Shown here one piece after another: positions 1 through 5,165 of a DNA stretch of 11,632 bases; position 1 is the stretch's first letter, and each line of letters starts with the position of its first letter. Location: NCBI GenBank assembly GCA_016930515.1, contig JAFGGO010000058.1:1-11632 (forward strand), written 5' to 3'. The notes beneath the pieces were generated by a model that saw nothing but the letters and a program-made list of their open reading frames with translations, made no database searches and was not told where the DNA came from. This DNA is from Promethearchaeota archaeon (GTDB taxonomy: Archaea; Asgardarchaeota; Lokiarchaeia; Sigyniarchaeales; SOKP01). The position numbers and the translations under genes were made by a program.

Positions 1-302
1 AAAAATATGTTTTATTAATTTTAATTGATAATTTATTAATAGTTATAAATAATTCCCCTAATATTTAATTTTTTACAATTTATCCTTACTTGTAACAAAA
101 ACGATCTCAAAAAAGCGACTACAAGCATTTTATAAACAACTCGTTCTTAAATTGGCTTTATCAACGATTATAATAAAAGAATTTTAAAAAAAATAAGATA
201 TGGACTTTTAAAATATGAAAATTCCTTTGTTTCTTAACTTTTAATAAGAATTTAAAATCACGCGCGAAAAACAACAAGATATCTTTCTGGTAATATTTTT
301 CA

Positions 303-317
303 ATAAAAATATAAATA
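303..317 (+). promoter_or_regulatory. Candidate archaeal BRE/TATA promoter for the Pro-rich gene
   Basis: A-rich run followed by TATAAATA at 310-317, about 85 bp upstream of the GTG. The background is very AT-rich, so specificity is low. Confidence 0.35.
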
Positions 318-401
318 CGAAATTATATTATTACAATAAATAGTACTATTTAACTAGTTATTCTATTTTTCAAATAATAAGTTAGAGGAAATGATTAAAC
401 C

Positions 402-1121
402 GTGGCTGATAAAGACCAAAAGAAAATCAACAGAGTTATAAACTTCGTCAAGAAGGGATTATCCGGATTAGCGGACGAACTTGACAATACCGTCAAAGCG
501 ATAAACGACTTTACAAAATCATTGAAAAAAGCCCAAAAAGACCTTAAAGAAGTTTCAGTTGAAGAAACGGTACAAACTGTAAGTACTTCCTCTAAAAAGG
601 TTGCGGCTCCTGCAGGTGGAGTTAAGGCAGCAGCAGCAAACACGTTATTTTCTTTATTGAGCGGTAATGAAGGACAAGCGCCCGTAGCCCCTAGTCCCGC
701 TATGACTGCAGCTCCAAAAGCGCCCGCACCTCCAGATGGCGGTGGACCTCCCAAGGCACCGGGTGGCGGTGGACCTCCCAAGGCACCGGGTGGCGGCGGA
801 CCTCCCAAGGCACCGGGTGGCGGCGGACCCCCCAAGGCACCGGGTGGCGGCGGCGGACCTCCATCGAGAGCAGGATTACCTCCTGCACCAAAATTACCTC
901 CAACTAGTGGCGGGCCTCCAACAGCACCTCCAGGTGGTGCGCCACCCTCACCACATGCAAAAAGACCCGGACCTCCAGCACCTCCAGGGGGAAGTAGGCC
1001 TCCAGCACCTCCAGGTCCGCCCGCAGCTGCTAGTACTGCAGGTGGAGGGTTGAGTTCTCTAAGAGACGAGATGTTGGACGAATTAACCCGGCTCAAGAAG
1101 ATTATGAGAGGAGAATCTTAA
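402..1121 (+). CDS. Pro/Gly-rich protein: N-terminal coiled coil, (GGGPPKAPG)n proline-rich linker, C-terminal WH2-like helix (putative actin-binding regulator)
   Basis: 239-aa ORF. GTG start at 402 is the first possible start (in-frame TAA at 396-398), with purine-rich AGAGGAA at 384-390. Heptad-patterned helix at aa ~9-51, low-complexity P/G/A region at aa ~93-213, terminal amphipathic helix LRDEMLDELTRLKKI, T-rich tract after the stop. Coding status is well supported; the function is inferred. Confidence 0.8.
   Translation: MADKDQKKINRVINFVKKGLSGLADELDNTVKAINDFTKSLKKAQKDLKEVSVEETVQTVSTSSKKVAAPAGGVKAAAANTLFSLLSGNEGQAPVAPSPAMTAAPKAPAPPDGGGPPKAPGGGGPPKAPGGGGPPKAPGGGGPPKAPGGGGGPPSRAGLPPAPKLPPTSGGPPTAPPGGAPPSPHAKRPGPPAPPGGSRPPAPPGPPAAASTAGGGLSSLRDEMLDELTRLKKIMRGES
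738..863 (+). repeat. In-frame 27-bp tandem repeat, 4 full copies plus a partial copy, encoding GGGPPKAPG
   Basis: Unit ggcggYggaccYcccaaggcaccgggt at 738, 765, 792 and 819, then a partial copy with one extra ggc codon at 846-863. The full copies differ only at two synonymous positions. Confidence 0.97.
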
Positions 1122-1129
1122 AACCCTAA

Positions 1130-1160
1130 TTTTTTCATTTCTTTTTCTCACATTTTATTC
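1130..1160 (+). terminator. Candidate archaeal oligo-T terminator
   Basis: ttttttcatttctttttctcacattttattc starting about 9 nt after the stop codon of 402..1121. Confidence 0.5.
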
Positions 1161-1205
1161 ATTATTAAAGCAAACATCCAAAGGATTAAATTTAAATTAG
1201 ATCTT

Positions 1206-1222
1206 CGAAATTATTTTATATA
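1206..1222 (+). promoter_or_regulatory. Candidate BRE/TATA promoter for the actin-like gene (probably leaderless mRNA)
   Basis: CGAAA at 1206-1210, then TTTATATA at 1215-1222, ending 25 nt before the ATG at 1248. No Shine-Dalgarno-like motif precedes the ATG. Confidence 0.5.
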
Positions 1223-1247
1223 GAAGCACATGTAAAACACCTTCGCG

Positions 1248-2366
1248 ATGCCAAACCTCACAATCGTATTAGATGTTGGTCAATTTTCTACCAAGATTGG
1301 ATTTGCGGGAGAGGATTCTCCATCTAATGTGTTTTTTACGATTGTTGGGAAACCTAAATATCAAAATTTAAGCGCACAAGAAAGCTTAAAAGAAAGGGAG
1401 GAATTATATGTTGGAGATGAAATACAATCCCTTGGTCTTTTTAAAATACATTCTCCCATTGATAATGGTTCTATCGTGGATTGGGGTTACTTTTCAAAAA
1501 TAATTGACTATATTTTCTATTCTTTGAGAGTAGACCCGAGTTTAGTAAATTTACTTTACGCAGTTCATCCTTCTTTTCCTAAAAAGGATCTTCAAAAATT
1601 GTTCGAATTATTTTTAGAACACTATCAATGTATGGCTTTTTATCCCGTGCTCGATTCTCAATTAACCTTATATTCTGGTGGTTTTCAAACTGGTTTGATG
1701 ATCGAAATGGGAGATAGTAGCACGCGGATAGTACCTATTTATCAAGGATTTAAAATCGAACACGCCGTCCAAATTCTCGAAATTGGTGGAAAGGTATTAT
1801 CCAGGTATATGGAAAAAATTTTAGGGACAATAGGTTTTTCAGTGGATTCTTCTATTCGCAGGGAATTAGTTAGAGTAATTAAGGAAAAAGCATCTTTTGT
1901 ATCTTTAGATTACAACGAAGATATCAAGCGATACGAGCAATACAGCAAGAAATTTTCATTACCTGACGGTTCTGTAATTAATTTAGATAAGGAGCGCTTT
2001 ATGGTTGCTGAGGCTTTGTTCGATCCTTCCTTAGTAAGTTTGGAAGCAAAACCCTTACATATTGCAATTCTTGATGCAATTGAGGAATGCGACTTGGATA
2101 TACGCCCGAACCTTTTAAATAACATCTTTCTTTCTGGTGGCTCTTCCATGTTTCAAAATCTCAAGTCCCGGATATACCAAGAGCTTGAATTGGAATTAAT
2201 TAGACGAAAAAAAAAAGATCAAATCGTAAAAATCATTGCTCCTCGAGAAAGAACCTATTCCGTCTGGATAGGTGGATCCATTCTTGCCTCTATTCCTGAA
2301 TTTAGCAAGAATTGGATAACGCGAGCGAAATATTTTAACGAAGGCATTCCAGAAGATCTCTTATAG
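1248..2366 (+). CDS. Actin-family protein (divergent Asgard actin / actin-related protein)
   Basis: 372 aa, colinear with eukaryotic actin: IVLDVGQFSTKIGFAGEDSP (actin LVxDNGSGxxKAGFAGDDAP), YVGDE, LTLYSGG, EMGDSSTRIVPIYQG (DSGDGVTHxVPIYEG), IKEK, LPDG, ERFMVAEALFDPS, CDLDIR, LSGGSSMF, KIIAPRERTYSVWIGGSILAS. Confidence 0.96.
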   Translation: MPNLTIVLDVGQFSTKIGFAGEDSPSNVFFTIVGKPKYQNLSAQESLKEREELYVGDEIQSLGLFKIHSPIDNGSIVDWGYFSKIIDYIFYSLRVDPSLVNLLYAVHPSFPKKDLQKLFELFLEHYQCMAFYPVLDSQLTLYSGGFQTGLMIEMGDSSTRIVPIYQGFKIEHAVQILEIGGKVLSRYMEKILGTIGFSVDSSIRRELVRVIKEKASFVSLDYNEDIKRYEQYSKKFSLPDGSVINLDKERFMVAEALFDPSLVSLEAKPLHIAILDAIEECDLDIRPNLLNNIFLSGGSSMFQNLKSRIYQELELELIRRKKKDQIVKIIAPRERTYSVWIGGSILASIPEFSKNWITRAKYFNEGIPEDLL

Positions 2367-2406
2367 ATTAGAATAATTTCTTATTGTAACACGGGGATGA
2401 TACTTT

Positions 2407-2456
2407 TTTATATATTTTGAAATTACTGTTTTCTTCTTACTCACAATAAATAAGGT
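2407..2456 (+). promoter_or_regulatory. Candidate TATA box and ribosome-binding site for the wHTH gene
   Basis: TTTATATA at 2407-2414; AAGGT at 2452-2456, 7 nt before the ATG at 2464. Confidence 0.4.
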
Positions 2457-2463
2457 AATAAAA

Positions 2464-2820
2464 ATGGAAGAAAATTCTGAAAAAATTCCCATTGTCGAAG
2501 AAGAATCAGATTCAAAACTGTTCAATAAAATCAAACAAATTAACACTCCTATAAAGAACGAACTCTTAATTACATTATTAGACGGACAATGGCATCCTGA
2601 ATCGGAACTCATTCGAACTGCTAAAAAAGAGCGAAATTATGCTGGTGCCGTCTTGGTAGGCACCATGTTAAACAGCATCAATTCTTTAGGCCAGGATGTA
2701 TTATTGAATAAGAAAATCATTGATGGTGAATGGCACTTTAAAATCTCTAACAATTATGTTGGACTGACAAGGGCCGCGTTTACAAGGACTGCTTATAGGA
2801 AATTAGATCAAAGCGATTAA
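2464..2820 (+). CDS. Small protein with probable winged helix-turn-helix fold
   Basis: 118 aa with ATG and an SD-like motif. Pattern helix (IKNELLITLLDG), strand (QWH), helix (ESELIRTAKK), helix (AVLVGTMLNSI), beta-hairpin wing (LLNKKIIDGEWHFKIS). The fold is inferred from pattern only. Confidence 0.7.
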   Translation: MEENSEKIPIVEEESDSKLFNKIKQINTPIKNELLITLLDGQWHPESELIRTAKKERNYAGAVLVGTMLNSINSLGQDVLLNKKIIDGEWHFKISNNYVGLTRAAFTRTAYRKLDQSD

Positions 2821-2836
2821 AAAAATCAAAATAGAC

Positions 2837-5023
2837 TCATTTTTTACTTTTTACGCATTTATTATTCTCTATTGAATAATCCTTGCATTGAGAACAAAAT
2901 CCCTTTCCAGAACGAGACTCTAGTCCTTCTTTCCAACATTTCGGGCATAAATAATAGTTAAACGCCTTCCCATTATTTTGTGTAGAAATTTTAAAAACAT
3001 CGAAACCACATATAGAACATTGTGTTTCCAGCATTGTTGCCCTTCCTTTTTTAGGAAGAGGCAAGTATGTCTTACAGGCGTTATCCGTGCAGGCTAAAAA
3101 CCTTTTATTTTTTAAATTAATAAATTTCATTTGTGATTGTATACATGTCGGACATTTTCCAACGGTTAGCTTAAAACGTTCTGATGGATTGTAATTGTTA
3201 TAGGTGTTTTTTTTTTGTTCTATTTCTGGTAAAATCTTTTGGAACTCTTCTTTAGCTGAAAGAAAATTGTCAAAGAGCATTAAAAATTCTTTTCTCACTT
3301 CCTCTATAACATCATTCATTTTTCGCTGGCCTTCCTTTATTTGCTTCAATTTATCTTCTACTCTTTTCGTAAATGAAGGTTTTAAAAATGGCAACCAGAC
3401 TTGTACGAGAATTTGCATCAAAAAAACACCCAAATCTGTAACTAAAAATTTGTTTTTTTCTTTTCTGATAACCTTACGGCTTAACATTGTTTGGATGATT
3501 TGAGGTCTAGTAGCTTTCGTGCCTAATCCGTGCTTCTCCATGAGCTTTAATAGCGTGGGATCTGTATATCGAGGTGGAGGCGTCGTTTCTTTTTCGAATA
3601 ACTCTATATTTTGTACGGGTATCGTGTTCCCTTCGATTTGAATTTCCAAATCATAATGTGGTTTTAAAAATGGTGCAATTTCGAAGAATCCTAAATGAAT
3701 AAGAGAAACGATCTGAGCTTTAAATGGCTCATCCTTGATTAATAAATCTAAATCCTGTCGAGATTCCGTTGCCTCTTCCCCGAATAAGGCTAAATAATGC
3801 CTTGAAAGCGTATTATATACTTTTGTGCGAAAGCCACCACTTAATCTCTTATCATTTAGTTCAATGCTTTCCAAGGGCGTTATGGGGGGATGATCTCCCT
3901 CGTCTTTTTTTCCTTTTGTTGGAATAACTCGTTTGTTAGTTAATTGTGTTTTAGTATATTTACCATATATAGAATGCAAAGTAAATTTAGTTAAAATCGT
4001 CAGGTGATCGAAATTATTTTTGTAAATGTCGCTTTCTGTTCTTGGGTACGAGATGATTTTTTCTAAATATAAATCGTTCATTGTGTCCATCGCTTGCTTA
4101 GCGCTTATCTTAAGCGTTTTAGTTAGTAAGATTAACGCTTTATTTGTATTTAGGGGAGAAGGAGGTTTTCTGTTTACTTTATTCTGATTAAAATTTGTTA
4201 TTATTGCCAATTTTTCTTCCTTTATTTTTTCGTAAATAGCCCTTGCAACTGTTTCATTGTTTTTGGAAAAAGGATTTGCCTTATGGTGAGCTTTAAAAGA
4301 AGAATTTTTAGCTATTAGAATTGCATCAATAACGAAATATTTTTCGGGAACGAATTCTTCTATCTCTTTTTCTTTTAAATATAATAAATATAATGTAGAG
4401 GTTTGAACCCTACCAATAGAAGTCCAATTGACTCCAAATTGCTGCAACGCTTGCTTTAATGAATTGCTAACCTCGCGAGTTGCCGAAAATCCAATAAAAG
4501 CATCGATTATAGATCTTGCTTCCCCACTTTCTGCCCAAAAATATTTTGGTGAGATTAAATTATTAAATTTTGATTGTATTTCGTTTGGTTGTAAAGAACT
4601 TATCCACAGTTGCGATATTTTAATAGAAGGACGACTTTTTAGAACATATGGTAAAGCGTCCATTATTCCAATATTACACCCCTCGATGTCCGCATCTGTA
4701 CCGATCACACAATGATCGCTATTCAGGGCGATTTCTTTTAATACTTTCATATAAGGACTCAAACCTCTGATTAAATATTTTTTAATTGCGCTTGGGTTTG
4801 TAATGATATTTCGAGGTGCAGGATATTTCCAATTAGAAAAATCAGGTGTGTTCCTATGCTCTTGTAAATGGCCACGTAAAGGAATTACTACGATATCCTT
4901 ATCAATAACATTGTAAATATATATATATTTACTTTTTTTAATAACTTGAACCTGACCTAATGCCTCTGCGATTGCTCTGGCTGCTTTGTTTTTCTCCGAA
5001 ATAATTATTGTTGTCATTATCAA
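2837..5023 (-). CDS. topA: DNA topoisomerase type IA (archaeal TopA/Topo III-like) with C-terminal zinc ribbons
   Basis: TOPRIM IIISEK...GHL...TDADIEG, SIGRVQT, catalytic ISYPRTES, HPPITP, LGTKATR, C-terminal CxxC clusters. Start is either TTG 5023 or ATG 5017. Confidence 0.96.
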   Translation of the reverse strand: MIMTTIIISEKNKAARAIAEALGQVQVIKKSKYIYIYNVIDKDIVVIPLRGHLQEHRNTPDFSNWKYPAPRNIITNPSAIKKYLIRGLSPYMKVLKEIALNSDHCVIGTDADIEGCNIGIMDALPYVLKSRPSIKISQLWISSLQPNEIQSKFNNLISPKYFWAESGEARSIIDAFIGFSATREVSNSLKQALQQFGVNWTSIGRVQTSTLYLLYLKEKEIEEFVPEKYFVIDAILIAKNSSFKAHHKANPFSKNNETVARAIYEKIKEEKLAIITNFNQNKVNRKPPSPLNTNKALILLTKTLKISAKQAMDTMNDLYLEKIISYPRTESDIYKNNFDHLTILTKFTLHSIYGKYTKTQLTNKRVIPTKGKKDEGDHPPITPLESIELNDKRLSGGFRTKVYNTLSRHYLALFGEEATESRQDLDLLIKDEPFKAQIVSLIHLGFFEIAPFLKPHYDLEIQIEGNTIPVQNIELFEKETTPPPRYTDPTLLKLMEKHGLGTKATRPQIIQTMLSRKVIRKEKNKFLVTDLGVFLMQILVQVWLPFLKPSFTKRVEDKLKQIKEGQRKMNDVIEEVRKEFLMLFDNFLSAKEEFQKILPEIEQKKNTYNNYNPSERFKLTVGKCPTCIQSQMKFINLKNKRFLACTDNACKTYLPLPKKGRATMLETQCSICGFDVFKISTQNNGKAFNYYLCPKCWKEGLESRSGKGFCSQCKDYSIENNKCVKSKK

Positions 5024-5165
5024 TAATTACCTATCTTTCATCTTTTAAAAATAAATAAAGAATTAGTAATTTTTAATATAGTTTGAACTCTTTATTATGC
5101 TAATTATTTATGTATCTTATTTTGAACGAAAGGTAAATTAATGAAAATATTTCCGATATTTCTTA

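Noticed and set aside
1-401. AT-rich leader as a replication origin or ncRNA
   Set aside because: No ORB-like G-string repeats, no cdc6/orc1 in the window and no GC-rich structured segment; the other intergenic regions are equally AT-rich.
738-863. Possible CRISPR array or collagen-like repeat
   Set aside because: The units are contiguous with no unique spacers and are in frame in a CDS; the peptide is not continuous Gly-X-Y.
700-1053. Alternative-frame ORFs 700..903 (-) and 736..1053 (+) with repeated peptides
   Set aside because: By-products of the GC-rich 27-bp repeat, which lacks stops in several frames.
395-1096. 233-aa antisense ORF with formin-FH1-like GGPPPPGAL repeats
   Set aside because: Shadow of the + strand gene. 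In this register sense Gly codons read as Pro and vice versa, and antisense stops need sense Tyr or T-preceded Gln/His codons; the sense protein has no Tyr and few Gln/His. The + frame has the RBS-like motif, ordered terminal helices and a downstream T-tract. Stranded RNA-seq or proteomics would settle it.
1248-2366. Assignment as MreB/ParM/FtsA, as bona fide Arp2/Arp3, or as eukaryotic contamination
   Set aside because: The motifs are of the eukaryotic-actin type rather than bacterial. I cannot see Arp2/Arp3-specific insertions, and orthology needs a phylogeny. The intronless, dense context with prokaryotic neighbours argues against a eukaryotic source.
1910-2612. Minus-strand ORFs 1910..2149 and 2361..2612
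   Set aside because: Antisense to the actin and wHTH genes, with Ser/Ile/Phe-rich shadow composition and no motifs.
2837-5023. Reverse gyrase
   Set aside because: No N-terminal helicase-like domain; the protein starts directly with TOPRIM.
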